Source: Caecitellus pseudoparvulus
Lineage: Eukaryota; Protista; Bigyra: Bicosoecida
NCBI GenBank assembly: GCA_965644315.1
Contig: CBFFRQ010000043.1
Location: forward strand, 248,001-312,000
DNA: 64,000 bases
Direction: 5' to 3'
A program made the position numbers and the translations under genes. The notes under the pieces were generated by a model. That model saw nothing but the letters and a program-made list of their open reading frames with translations. It was not told the DNA's origin and searched no databases. The number at the start of each line of letters is the position of its first letter. Within the stretch, counting starts at the first letter, position 1. Below are positions 1 through 12,089 of this stretch, piece after piece.

Positions 1-1183
1 CGACGCCGTCGTGGGGCCGCCCAAGGTCCGCCAACTGCTGAACGCACTGCATGGGGCCGTGGGCGTGGTCCTGCGCTTCACGTACGGCAGGGCAGTGGCT
101 GGGCGGGGTGACGCGTGCCGTCTGGCCCAGTGGATGGCCCGTGTGGCCACCGTGTTCCAGCTCGTCAGCAACGAGCTGCGCTCCCTTGGCCGGAAGGCTC
201 TACCCCTCACGTATCCCAAGCTGCACATTGCGCTGCAGCTGGCGCTGGACATGCATTGGTACGGTAGCCTGGAGGCGGTGGATACCGACCACGGCGAGAC
301 CATGCACACTCGAATCAACCGTGTGCTACGTACAGTGCACCGCGGGAAGCAGGGTGTCCTCTACAAGCTGGCGGAGAGAGTGTGCCTCGTGCAGGCCATG
401 AGCTGCGCGCCGTACTGTCCACCGCCAGGCTACACTCCCTCCCCCGAGACCTGGTACAACCTATTGCATTCTCGCTCCCTGGTCGCCGGCGACTGTGCCG
501 GGGCTGCTGCTGACCCAGGCGCTGAGGTGCCACTGAACTTGGTGGGCACGGCCATGCGGCCGATCGTGACGCGATTCAGGAGCGCTGATGAGCCACTGAC
601 CTTCCCGCAGTCCTTCGTCGCAGGGGCGAGCGCCCTGGCGTGGTTGAGGGAGCGGCGGGTGGGGCCTTCGGGCAGGTTGTACAGGGTGCAACTAAAGCCT
701 GACGACGTCGTGGATGGACAGGAAGCGGGACACCGCCCCCCCCTCACGCTCTGCACAGGCGTGAGGCTGCGGTACCCCTCTGGCAACACCAACTGGCTGC
801 CATTGCCGGGGCCAGCCGACGTCATGTGCATCATCCACTGGGACGGCAAGCGGTTCATGGAGCGGACACTGGTGGACGTAGCCGTGGCCCTGGCGCCGCT
901 GAGGGACGATGCACGCAGTTACCTGCCCGATGAGACCCTCCTCTTGTGTCGTCACCTGAAGCTGGGCCCTTCTGAGGTGCAGGGGTGGGCACGGGTAAAC
1001 CACTCGCCGGAGGACGAGGCGCAACCGTGGGTGCTGGTGACGGGGGGTGTGGTGGCTGGCCCGGCCGTTGTGCACGAAGCGCCTTGGATCGTGAAGGGCA
1101 CGCCAGGGGAAGCTTCTTACCGCTTCCACTGGGCGCTGCAGGGCCCCGTCGGCAAGCAGCGCAGCGCCAGCGAGGACGCGTGA
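1..1183 (+). mobile_element. C-terminal part of a Plavaka/CMC-superfamily-like DNA transposase (5' part outside window)
   Basis: Motif YPKLHIALQLALDMHWYGSLEAVDTDHGETMH resembles the PKxH...G....T...E..H catalytic-Glu region of Plavaka/EnSpm-type transposases. It is followed by a lower-GC non-coding tail to ~1755. Confidence 0.6.
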
Positions 1184-1803
1184 GACGGCTTCGCCACCCA
1201 GCCCAAGGCAGCCCAAGACAGCCCGTCAAGGGGGGTGCTGCATCGGACAAATGAATCGTGCATGGCGCTTAAAATGCAATGCAAAGGCGGTAAATCGCCT
1301 TCATATGCGCCAGCGCTGCGGTGCAAGGGAGTTGGCGCAGGCACTTTGCCGCCCGGCTGTGGAGGCGGAAATTGGCGCCCAAAATGGCCCACTTTGCGGC
1401 GTTCTCCTGCGCTATGCAAGGCGAACCATCACGCGCGAGTGCAATAATCTGAATCTAAGCATGAAACTTAGCCCCCTCTGTGACTTTCGCCAGAACGACC
1501 AGAAAATTTGATCAGTCTGCCTCCCTCGGCCCCCGACCCTGCCCTCCGTCGCCACCACGCCAATCCACCCCTTCCCATTGCGCGGCCCGCCGCGGCTCCC
1601 GCAGCGTGAAACGAGTTTGACACAAAGTACACATGAAATAGTGTCATTTTGACTTTTTCCAACTTCTGACGCGCCCGGGAAGGTGTGCCCACCCCCCCCG
1701 CACACGGGAACGAAGTGGTGTTGGAGGGGTGTACGGGGGGGACAGAAAATCTCTTGACTGAAGCATGGAATTGCACTCTTGGTCCTTCTTGCTGACTCCA
1801 CAG

Positions 1804-4029
1804 ATTGCATATTTCTTTGTCAAGGCCATTGAAAGCCTTGGAAGCAGTGGCAAAGGGGTCTTGCTGACCGCACCAGAGGGTGCTGGCGTCTCAACATCGC
1901 TGCGTGCGCTGGAGGCTCTTGTTTGCATTGCTGGACATGGTGATGTGCTGTACTTGGACGACGCAAGTGTCCTTGCGCCGACCGCAAACAAGGAGGATCT
2001 GTGCAGGGCTTTGTTGCAGGGTGCCTTGACATTCTCATGCGGCCCAGGCCTCACATCACTGAGAGTCCACTCGCTGCTCAAGGACATTGCCGAAGGAAAC
2101 AACACTGAAGCCGCATTGTTCGAGCTCTTGAATTGGTTCTGCATCTCAGACAGGCCCCACTTTGGCGGCCAACCGCCGCCGCCACGGATGCTCATCCTGG
2201 ACAACGTGAACAAGCTTCATGCAGAGTACCTGAGGCATGGGCAAAATAGTGCAGACCGAAGATGGCGCACAGTTGAAGGACTCACTTGCTGGACGGGGGG
2301 GTCAAGCAAGGTTCTGGCATACGGGGAAGACTTCCGATCCCTCAGCATTCCTGGAGCAGGGGGGTCAGGGCCTTCATTTGGCTTTCACTTGCCAGGAAAG
2401 TTGCCGGACTCTGTTTGCGAGCTGACCCCTCTGCCAGTGGAAATGGCTGTGCAGCTGATGAGAGGACAAAGCCAACGTGAGAGCACATCCAACGATGACT
2501 GTCGTGTGGATGGCTCGATGACAGCTTCGAAAGGCCCAGCGGAGGCTGCGCACCCCTTCTTGCTCCCTGAACTCATTCGACAGCTCCTGGACAGCAGCTC
2601 GGGTGCGCGTCGCCGCCTGCAGCACTTCATCCACGAACTTGGGGCAACACCATCCGTGGTGCTGACAGCTGTGAATGCCTTCGCAAATGTCGCGCGGCTT
2701 ACCCCCGAGCGGTTTGGTCAGAAGCTGGTCGACGTGAAGGACAAGTGGATCCACAAGAAAGCGGAGTGGTGGAAAAGCCATATTGGCCAGTGGATCAACG
2801 AAGATGAGAGCCGAACCGATGCCGAACGGACACGTGATTTGCAGCTCATCATGCAGGCATTCTGGGAACATCCACCTGCAATCGAAACTTTGAACGGACG
2901 CTCATCAAGCCCCCCGAACCTCACACAAGCATGCCGCGCTGCTCTCCGGATTGCGTTCAAGCTCCTGAGAAAGCAGTCTCTGCAGAAGGAACGTGGCGCA
3001 GATCGCAGAAAGGGTGACGACTTTGAGTCCTCCACCGCAACCCTCCTGGAGAAAGGACTCTTCGGTGGCGAATTTGTGCACCTGTCGTCTGCACAAGGTG
3101 CAAGTCCGCAAGACATGCTCGCCTTCTGGCACCAAAGACAGCCGCCAAGCGGGAGCCCATCATCTGACTTGAGGGTCACGTCGCTTACCGAGAGGAAAGG
3201 TGGGAGCTTTTTCAGGGCCTCCAATGTCAGAAGGGTTCTCTCGCTCAAGCCAGACGAGGTACTCGTGCTGCAGACTTCTACGCCGTTTCCAGGAGTAGAC
3301 TTCGTCGTGTTTCGGCGGGCCTGCGAAGACGGCAAGCACAAACTCCAGGTTACCTTTGTCGAAGCAACTGAATCAACCCTCTCAGCCCACGGGCAGAATC
3401 GAGTGCTCAACCATCTCGAATGCGAGGTCGACGAAACCGGCAAACAAGCCATTCTGAAGAAGGGTTCTCTCAAGGACCTCATGTGGCTGATCGCGAACAG
3501 GAAGTGGCACGCACGAGCTGAAAAGGATAAAGTCAAGATCAGCAAGTCTGCTTCAGTGCCCTCACAGCCGGGCAAAGTTACGCGGTCTCCGGTCGGGTCT
3601 CTGGCAAGTGCGATCTTGTGGGCATTCGGGGTCCCTGTGACCGTCAATGGGTACATCCGCAAGAATGAGAGTGGAGGCCCAATCTTGAGCGTGGACATCC
3701 ACAATGTGACGGGAGAGGAGCTTGCACAGCTGCAGGAGTATGTGCGGAAGTTTCAAGACCTGGACGGTGAGTCAGGTGTTGACTCGCCTACCGGCAAGTC
3801 AAATCTGCTCGACTTCAACAAAGACAGCGTGGACATTTCCTTCGTATACTGCACGAACACGGCCAAAGAGAAAGATTCCTCTCTTCACGACCCGCAACTG
3901 TCGGATGTCCCAGGGTACTTTGGTGTGTTCCGTGATGGCATCGAGGTCAAACCTCCAACCACGCCGGACGACACAGAGAGTGGTGATGAAGCTGGGCCTG
4001 TGGTCTTCCATGTTGACGAGCAGACATGA
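1804..4029 (+). CDS. Crinkler/RHS-like protein: degenerate P-loop NTPase plus PD-(D/E)XK-type REase domain; 5' exon probably missing or upstream
   Basis: VLLTAPEGAGVSTSL (Walker A-like), MLILDNVN (Walker B), GDDFE...PFPGVDFVVF...VTFVEAT (REase-like). The ORF start (1765) lies in an intron-like tract ending GCTGACTCCACAG at 1803. Confidence 0.55.
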   Translation: MAYFFVKAIESLGSSGKGVLLTAPEGAGVSTSLRALEALVCIAGHGDVLYLDDASVLAPTANKEDLCRALLQGALTFSCGPGLTSLRVHSLLKDIAEGNNTEAALFELLNWFCISDRPHFGGQPPPPRMLILDNVNKLHAEYLRHGQNSADRRWRTVEGLTCWTGGSSKVLAYGEDFRSLSIPGAGGSGPSFGFHLPGKLPDSVCELTPLPVEMAVQLMRGQSQRESTSNDDCRVDGSMTASKGPAEAAHPFLLPELIRQLLDSSSGARRRLQHFIHELGATPSVVLTAVNAFANVARLTPERFGQKLVDVKDKWIHKKAEWWKSHIGQWINEDESRTDAERTRDLQLIMQAFWEHPPAIETLNGRSSSPPNLTQACRAALRIAFKLLRKQSLQKERGADRRKGDDFESSTATLLEKGLFGGEFVHLSSAQGASPQDMLAFWHQRQPPSGSPSSDLRVTSLTERKGGSFFRASNVRRVLSLKPDEVLVLQTSTPFPGVDFVVFRRACEDGKHKLQVTFVEATESTLSAHGQNRVLNHLECEVDETGKQAILKKGSLKDLMWLIANRKWHARAEKDKVKISKSASVPSQPGKVTRSPVGSLASAILWAFGVPVTVNGYIRKNESGGPILSVDIHNVTGEELAQLQEYVRKFQDLDGESGVDSPTGKSNLLDFNKDSVDISFVYCTNTAKEKDSSLHDPQLSDVPGYFGVFRDGIEVKPPTTPDDTESGDEAGPVVFHVDEQT

Positions 4030-4783
4030 GTACCAAGAGCAACTGCATGCATCCGAAATGAGCCCCACACAGCTGCTGCCAGTGCGATCCTCGGTCGACG
4101 TGGGCTCTCATGAGGCCCCAAGGACAAAGACTGGGCAGGCCGCGAGAGGTGGAACCAGCAGACCACCCGAGAGTTTGATGGTGCAGCATCACTCTGTGCA
4201 CCAGGTGGACTGGTGCACGTGTCAGTTTTGGTGGCGGGCTGTGCGTGGCTGAAAGAGGCAGTGATTCGCTACAGCTCAATCAGGCTTGCAGGTTGTCACG
4301 TGGCCGTCGGTGTACAGTGATGTGCATGCCCTGCGTCCGGCGTGGCAGCTCGGAGCACACATACGCTTCCTCCTGCCTCCCTGTGATCCCTCTCGCCTCC
4401 GCAAACCTTGCCTATCGGTCAGACCAGCTATGTGACAAGCTTCCAAGCACCTCAAGCTGCACGCCAGGCCTCTCGAACCCGACCACAACCTCGCTGTCGT
4501 GCAACCCGCAACAGCGTCCCTGGCACATAACGAGCTCAACACGGTGTCTTTGAAAACCAATACCATTGTGCGCCACTCCGATCCGCAAGGACTCCAGGGA
4601 TCAAAAACGCCAGCTACTTGCCTGGATGGTCGCGCACATCCGCCCCCTCATATGCATTCTTTGTCTGGATCGGGCCTCAATCCTGCTCTCGAGGGACAGC
4701 CAGCGCCGCCAGCGCTGCCAGTGAACGAATGCACACCACAAACGCACATGGGGCTCGTAGGCCGTGGCTCATGGAGAGGCTGA

Positions 4784-7730
4784 TCATTGAAAGCCAAGTC
4801 TCGGGCGACGGGATGTGCTGGATGCTGTGCCCTCGCTCCATACAACAGGTCGAATGGACATGGACTGCAAGCCCTGGAAGAGTGTGTCTGGCATAGAGGC
4901 TGTGTATCGCTCCCAAAGGCTGTGCTGAGTTTGGGCACGCAGTGCAGGCCCGAAGTGCTGCCTTGCGAAAGCTGCCCAGTCTGACTCCTTCATGAAGAAG
5001 GGGGGAATTGACGTGCCTGCAGCAATGTCATGCACCAGCTGCGACGGCTCCCCCTCCATGCAGTGCTGCATGAACATCTCCTGTAGTATCAAACCCCGTT
5101 CCAGATTCGCGGGATCGCCCAAGAGCTCACACGCTCCGTGGAACACATGCGGGTCAAGCAATGCCAGCACGCTCCCAACATGTACTTGACCCTGCACAGT
5201 ACACACAAAAAGATGAGGACAGTGAAGCGCAAAGGCAGCCCAGGGCCAGGCAGCTCTTGGCGATGCAACAGGCACACTCACATTTGACCGACACAGCGCT
5301 GCTTCTGCTGCCAGGACAGCGATCTCGTCACACGAGTCGGCACGCAGCGCAGCAAGTGCACCCCAAACACGCGCCTGGTCTTCTGCACTGAGCTCCTCCA
5401 GCACTTCTTTCAACCAACAGGACACGTACTCTTGCAAGTCTTGCACATCGCGATCTAGCCTTGCCTGCCTCAGGGCGGGTGCGAGGTCCTGCTGCAGGAA
5501 CACCGTCCACGCGCTCTCTTCCACGCCCTCCAGTGCACGCAGCTTCCCCGATTCGACGTCTTTCAGCAGCTCTCTAGGGCCTGTCTCGAAACACTGCAGA
5601 AAGAACTCTTCGTGCTGCTTAGCCGCCACTAGAGAGCTGGCCGGGGAGCCCGCCAATCCCTGCAGCTTGTGCAGCACACTTGGCCTCAGCACAGCCAGAG
5701 CAGAGTGTATGTCAAGCTCCCACTGCGCAGTGCGCAAGCATGCAGGCGCGGTGAAGCAAACGATGGGTGTGCTGTGCTCGGGGCGGGCCAACGCACATGG
5801 CAAGTACGCACCATTGCCCGACACAGCGCTGCTTCTGCTGCCAGGACGGCGATCTCGTCACACGAGTCGGCACGCAGCGCAGCAAAGGCGGCCTTGAGCC
5901 GCGACTGGCTTGCAGTGGGCAGCCTCTCCATCTCGCTTTCCAGCTCATCGGACACAACGTAGTGGAGGCGGTCTACGTGGGCGATGTGCCTTGCCTGCCT
6001 CAGGGCGGGTGCGAGGTCCTGTTCCAGGAACACCGTCCACGCGCTCTCTTCCACGCCCTCCAGTGCACGCAGCTTCCCCGATTCGACGTCTTTTAGCAGC
6101 TCTCTAGGGCCTGTCTCGAAACACTGCAGAAAGAACTCTTCGTGCTGCTTAGCCGCCACTAGAGAGCTGGCCGGGGAGCCCGCCAATCCCTGCAGCTTGT
6201 GCAGCACACTTGGCCTCAGCACAGCCAGAGCAGAGTGTATGTCAAGCTCCCACTGCGCAGTGCGCAAGCATGCAGGCGCGGTGAAGCAAACGATGGGTGT
6301 GCTGTGCTCGGGGCGGGCCAACGCACATGGCCAGTACGCACCATTGCCCGACACAGCGCTGCTTCTGCCGTCAGGACGGCGATCTCGTCACACGAGTCGG
6401 CACGCAGCGCAGCAAAGGCGGCCTTGAGCCGCGACTGGCTTGCAGTGGGCAGCCTCTCCATCTCGCTTTCCAGCTCATCGGACACTACGTAGTGGAGGCG
6501 GTCTACGTGGGCGATGTGCCTTGCCTGCCTCAGGGCGGGTGCGAGGTCCTGTTCCAGGAACACCGTCCATGCAGCCGTATCCACGCCTCCTGGCACTGGC
6601 ACAGATCCAGTGGCGATTTCATCCAGCAAGTCAAAGGGCCCGACGCGCATGCATCTCTGCACGAACGCTTCGTGCTGCTCGAAGCCTGCACCGTGCACGC
6701 AGGAGCCGAACAGCGCATACAACTTGCCGCACACAACTGGGTCCAGCATCGCTAGAGCGCAATCCAACTCAAAAACAATCTGTGCCATGCACGAGCGCGC
6801 AGATTTGCAGTGAAATGGCAGCGCTCCCTCGCAGCCACGCCAGCACAGTGATGGTACGCACCACTGTCCTCAGTACCAAGTACTGTGCGACCAGAACAGC
6901 CGTTCTGTCACACGAGCTGGCCTGCAGCGCAGCAACCGCCTTCAAAACTGACTTCTGGTCATACTGGTGCATCTTCTGCATGAACGCATCGAAGTCAGCG
7001 GACAGCCTGTCGCGCATGTATGCCACTGCGCTCTCGGTGGGGTCCAACTCTAGCGCTGCATCCATCAGCTCCCGCATCAGGAGCTCCATGAAGGACTTGA
7101 AGTAGAGGGACGGGGGCAAGAAGTCAATCCCAGGCGGGCCGTCAAGGGACATCGCTCGCCTCAGGTACGCCGGTCCCCATGGCAGGCAATTCTGGTAGAA
7201 CTCGCGGAAGTCTGCATGCGCACGGCCAGGGCTGCTTGCATCAGTGAAGTACTCGAAACTTGCCTCCACAACGTCCGGATCCAGCAAGACAGACAGTGTG
7301 CTGGGATCGGGAGTCGTCTGTGGAAGCGCAGGCGTGGCGATGATTCGCTGTACCAAGCGCCAAGCTGCAAGATCCACGTTACCTTGAAGGTGGCGACAGC
7401 GTGAATGGCGCTCTGGACAGCATCTTCTCTAATGCCGCTTGCTTGGAGTGCTCTGATCAGGGCTGTCACGTGTTGCTGGGCTGCAAGCTTCGGTGACTCG
7501 CCCTCGAAACGCAGGTGTGCCGAGAGCTTGCCAAGCTTTGAAGCAGGCTGAGGTTCAGGCAACTGTCCCTCAAGTGGAGACGGCATGACGAACATCTGGC
7601 TAATCCTGGCTTGTGGCACCGCCGTGTGCCCTGCAAGGGGCAGTGAAGTCATGGAGCGTGCCGTGTTGTGCCCTGTTTGGAGCAGGCTGCGTCCGGCGCA
7701 AGCCGCCGCCTGCACTGCTCTGGACAACAT
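4784..7730 (-). CDS. Hypothetical, probably mitochondrion-targeted protein made of ~147-aa repeats (spliced, ~5 introns)
   Basis: N-terminus MLSRAVQAAACAGRSLL is transit-peptide-like. ORFs 7161-8018, 6769-7377, 6216-6788, 5686-6354 and 4784-5824 join through GT..CAG introns. Motif A(L/F)AALRADSCDEIAVL recurs. Confidence 0.7.
5458..6569. repeat. Near-identical 530-bp tandem duplication (~2.1 copies); each unit is a 441-nt exon plus an 89-nt intron
   Basis: TTGCCTGCCTCAGGGCGGGTGCGAGGTCCT occurs at 5461, 5991 and 6521. An extra matching patch lies at ~5290-5355. Confidence 0.95.
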
Positions 7731-8462
7731 GGCTTCCGACAAACGTGCAGCGAGACGAGGACAGTAAGTGCATCTGCTGAGTATGGGGGGGGGTGAATAC
7801 TGAATGCTTCGCAGCACTGCGCCAGGTAGCCCACGTGGCGGCAGCGGACAGAGTTTCACCCACGTTTCAGACATGCACAAATGGACACGCAAACCCCAAG
7901 GCTTGGGAGGTGGAACGCGAAGGCTGGAACAATACCGGAGATGCCAAGCTCTGAATTTTCTATCGTTCGTTTGGGGAGCGTGCAGTCTTCTGGCCGGTTG
8001 CAAAAGCAGGGTCCACACTGAGCACGGGCTTCACAGCCCTGTCCACGACCTCCTGCGTGTCTGCAGGCAACACATCCCACTGAGTTGCTCAGGTCCTACA
8101 GTCGCAGACTCGGCGCCTGGGCCTCGGCAGAGCTCAATTCGACACATGGTCTGAGGATCTTCTCTGCCTGGCCAAGTCCACTTCACGCATCCCACCGCCG
8201 CTCTCATGTTGAGGGGGCCACAACAACAAGGGCCACAGGCCAGGACGCCGTCATTCCGAAGAAGCAAACACTCTGCTTTCCACGAGCACCCAAATTTGAA
8301 GAACAAGTTCCAAAGCAGATTCATCCATCACGACTGCATGAGCTACTGGCTCCACACCGAGCCACCAGCGCACAGTCAAAGTGCAGTGCCGCAAAGTCAC
8401 CCAGTCCCTGAGGCCATCTCCAGCCCCATCCCCTCCCGAAGCAAGGGCCGCTCAACACAATA

Positions 8463-9854
8463 ATGGCAGGCTTCAATGGGGGCTCTTTCATCGATTTGAC
8501 TGGGGAGGACGCCACGCCAGCGACAGTAAACGCTCCCAGCAGGCATCTGGCCCATGCTTTGCAGGGCCAGCACATTTTAGACGGCGGCAACGAGGCCACC
8601 TCGACGAACAACAGACAACCTCGCGTGGTCAGACGTCGGCGCAGGCCGACACCGCCCCCAACTCGTTTTCCCCTCACTTCTCAAGACATGGTGCGCGGTG
8701 CTGCGGCCTTGGGCGGCTTTGCAAACCACACCCGTCTCGCACGCACTTTCCGCACGCAGGCGACACGTGAAACGCGCCCACGCCAGGGACCCTCGGGGGG
8801 CATGCAGGCCATGGGGCTCGGCATAGTCGGCACTGATCCAGAACGCAGCATCGCCCCGCTCCTTCCAGTCAACTCCTCGACGCACCAGGGCAGTGGGCGC
8901 CGTGCCCCGCAGTACGGCGCTGTCTCCCGCAGCGGCCAGCACCACGTGCACAGGTATGCGCCCCCGCAGTGGCCCACCACAGCAGGGGGCGTCGCCTCGT
9001 CATTTGCTGGAAGTGCCTCCTTTGAACTGCAGGAGCGCTTGCGGCAGCAGGAGACCGTGCGGCGGATGGCCGAAGCCACCCGGCAACGGCGGCAGCTGGA
9101 GGCCATGCGGCGACAAGACGGGACTGCACACACGCAGGCGGTGAGGCGGGTGGTGAGGCGGGAGGAAGGGCCGATGCGCCTGTCGGAGTTGAGGGCGCGC
9201 GGCGGGGGTCGGGCTGTCCATGAGATCATGGGCCCACACCAGAGCGGCGTGTTGTTCATCCACCGCACGCACACACCCACGCCCACCCCACGAGGCCTGC
9301 CGCCCGGCATGGTGGAGCTCCTGCCCTGCTTCCCCGAGGGTCGCAGCGACCAGCCCGCCGACTGCGTCGTGTGCCTGTGCCCCATGCAGCAGGAGGAGGA
9401 AGTGATGCTGCTGCCCTGCGCTCACAAGTTCCACGCGGCTTGCATCCGGCCCTGGCTGGGCCGCAGCGTCGAGTGCCCTGTGTGCAAGGCCAACGTGCCC
9501 GACCTCATCCGGCAGCAGCAGGTCTGGGAGGCCCCGTTCCAGGGAGGTGTGGCCGCACAGCACCCCGCCCACACCGCCAGCCCACCCTCGTCAACCCTGG
9601 TCATGCCAGTGGCTGCGGCGGGGTGGCGGCCCCCCGTCCCTCCCACGGCGCTTGGGCCGGCACACGGCGAAGCTGCTGAAAGGCCAGCAACGCAGCAGGC
9701 GGGTCAAGAACAGGAACAGCAGCGCCCACGACGGGTGGTGCGGCGGCGGAGGCAGCAGCAGCAGCAGCAGCAGGCCATGCGAGCAGCGCTTGCGGCGGCG
9801 CCCAATGTTGTGCCGCTCCTGTCTGACAGCGACGACTCCGAGCGGTCAGACTGA
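8463..9854 (+). CDS. RING-H2 finger E3 ubiquitin ligase
   Basis: CVVCLCPM...LLPCAHKFHAACIRPWLGRSVECPVCK is a C3H2C3 RING-H2 motif. Confidence 0.9.
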   Translation: MAGFNGGSFIDLTGEDATPATVNAPSRHLAHALQGQHILDGGNEATSTNNRQPRVVRRRRRPTPPPTRFPLTSQDMVRGAAALGGFANHTRLARTFRTQATRETRPRQGPSGGMQAMGLGIVGTDPERSIAPLLPVNSSTHQGSGRRAPQYGAVSRSGQHHVHRYAPPQWPTTAGGVASSFAGSASFELQERLRQQETVRRMAEATRQRRQLEAMRRQDGTAHTQAVRRVVRREEGPMRLSELRARGGGRAVHEIMGPHQSGVLFIHRTHTPTPTPRGLPPGMVELLPCFPEGRSDQPADCVVCLCPMQQEEEVMLLPCAHKFHAACIRPWLGRSVECPVCKANVPDLIRQQQVWEAPFQGGVAAQHPAHTASPPSSTLVMPVAAAGWRPPVPPTALGPAHGEAAERPATQQAGQEQEQQRPRRVVRRRRQQQQQQQAMRAALAAAPNVVPLLSDSDDSERSD

Positions 9855-10003
9855 TTGCACTAACAATTTATGATTCATAAATGCTTCGCAACACCGCGTT
9901 GTGGTCAGCTTGCATGCCAACTTTGTGCGCTCACTCCGGAGACCTGCGGCAGGTCGGGCGCGTTGGCCGGCGCGGAATTTGCGCGCGCAATCCACCCAGC
10001 ACC

Positions 10004-12032
10004 ATGACAGACTCAGGCAGCGCCGAGAGCGCTGCGCAGCCAGGCGCACACCTGGACTTTGACGTGACAGGCCTTGCAGCTACGACAGTGGTGTCTGTCC
10101 GCGCCGTGTGGGAGGAGATGGGCATGCCGACGGCCGAGCAGGAGCAGGCGCTGGCAGGGCTCGTTACGGCGGCGCGGGAAGTGTTCACTCGCTTCTCGGA
10201 CGAGCAGAAGGAGGCCCGGGACGAGGCACGCAAGTTCATTGCCGACACAAAGGAGCAGTGCTTGGCTCTGGCCAGCAGCATGCACCTGCAGCCAGACCTG
10301 GTGAGTGGCAGCTTGCTGCGGTGAGCTCAACGGCCGTTGACACAAGTGACACACACGCGCGCGTGCTCTGCCCGAGCAGCCTGACGAGGATCTCAAACTC
10401 ATGCCCATGAAGGCGGCACTGGAGAGCAGACTGGGTGACATCAACCGGGTACGTGCAGGTCGCGCCCAGAGCAACGGAAGCCAGCGCAAGCGTGCCGCGG
10501 GAGTGCAAGCAATTTCCGCACGCCGCCTGTGTCCGCAGATCAAGGACCGCAGGCTATCGGAGCTGAACGCCCTGCAGGATCGCCTGTTCGAGCTGCAGGA
10601 CGGCCTGGGGGATGGGCGAGATGCCGACTTTGCGGAGTTCGGGGACATGCTGACACTGCAGCGCGTGGGGCAGTTCAAGGACGCCGTGGGCGCTGCGGAG
10701 GCGGAGCACGCCAGCCGCGCCGAGAAGGTGGACGCCATCGCGCAGGAGTGCCGGGACCTGTGGGCACTGACCGGGACCCCCCCCTCAGGCGCCTTTGCGG
10801 AGTCCGTAGCGGCGGAGGGCGCCGGGCACGCCACCCTGGGTGTGGCCACTGACACGCTGACACAGCTGCGCGAGCTGGTCACCAGCCTGGCCACGGAGCG
10901 CGAGAGCCGCGAGGGTGTCATCAAGGGCCTGGGCGCCGACATCACACGGCTGTGGGACCGCCTGGACACGCCGGCGGAGCAGCGGGACGCCTTCCGTGCG
11001 GGCCACGACGGGCTGGACGACGGCGTCATCGCAGCCGTTAAGGGGTACCTGGAGGGGCTGCAGGGGGAGTACTCCGCCCGTATGGGGGAGCTGGTGGAGG
11101 GGCTGCGGGGCCGCATCCGGGAGGCACAGGCCGGCATCCTGCTGTCGCCGGAGGAGGCGGCTGCGGAATTTGGTCCCGCCATGGCCCTCACTGGCGACGA
11201 CGTGACGGAGGACACGCTGGAGGAGCACGAAGCGTACCTTGCGCAGCTGCAGGAACGGGAAGCTGCCATGGCGCCGCTGCTGCGAGGCGTGGAGCGCCGT
11301 GAGAAGCTGCTGGCGGACAAGGCCAAGTGGCAGACCATCATCGCCGACCCAACACGCCTAACGTCACGAGGGCGGCGGGGGGCCGCCCGCCTGGAGGAGG
11401 AGAAGCTGGAGCGCCGCGTGCGCAAGGAGTTGCCCGCCGTGACCGCCAAGCTGCGTACTGCAGTGGCTGCGTGGGAGGCTGACCAGGACAAGCCCTTCGT
11501 CATCAACGGCCAGCGCCTGCTGTCTGCGCTGGAGGCTGAGGCGGAGGCGGAGGCGGAACGCAAGGAGGCAGCCAAGAACAAGCGCAAGGCAGCCCTGGGG
11601 GCGGGGTCCACCTCCCGTGCCTCCAGCGCCTCCCGTGCCTCCATCATGTCCACATCAGGGGGCGGCAGCCGGGCGGGCAGCCGTGTCCGGGCCCCACCCG
11701 CGGCGCAGGGGGGGGGTGCCGGAGGGGGCGTCAAGCCCCCCTCCATCCGCCGCAAGCCCAAGAGCGGCGGGGCCAACGCCACCTCTGGCATTCCCCGTGC
11801 GGGTGCAGCCGGAACACGCCGGCGGCGGCCCTCTGGAAGTGAGAACACGGGCCCCCCTGCCGCTGCGGGTGGCAAGGGCAAGAGCAGCGCCAAGACCAGT
11901 CACACCAGCCCCGAAACCCGCACACACACGGGCCCTGTGCAGGTCAGCACTGCCTCCAAGACTCAGGCGTCACGGGTGCTGGCAGCTCTGGGGGACGGCT
12001 CTGCCGATGCCAATGCTGGCACGGCGGAGTGA
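10004..12032 (+). CDS. PRC1: MAP65/Ase1/PRC1 microtubule-bundling protein (introns ~10301-10379, 10449-10538)
   Basis: VWEEMG N-terminus, coiled coils, DPTRLTSRG...LEEEKLERRVRKELP...WE...PFVING signature, and a basic tail. Confidence 0.88.
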
Positions 12033-12089
12033 TGGGCCCACCCCCCGCCCTTGGGCTGTGCCGGGGCGAACCAATGCATTGTCGCGCCC

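Noticed and set aside
7318-7382. Apparent frameshifts suggesting pseudogenes (here and in MAP65, APA2, GBF1, acyltransferase)
   Set aside because: Each is resolved by a short GT-AG intron with compatible phase.
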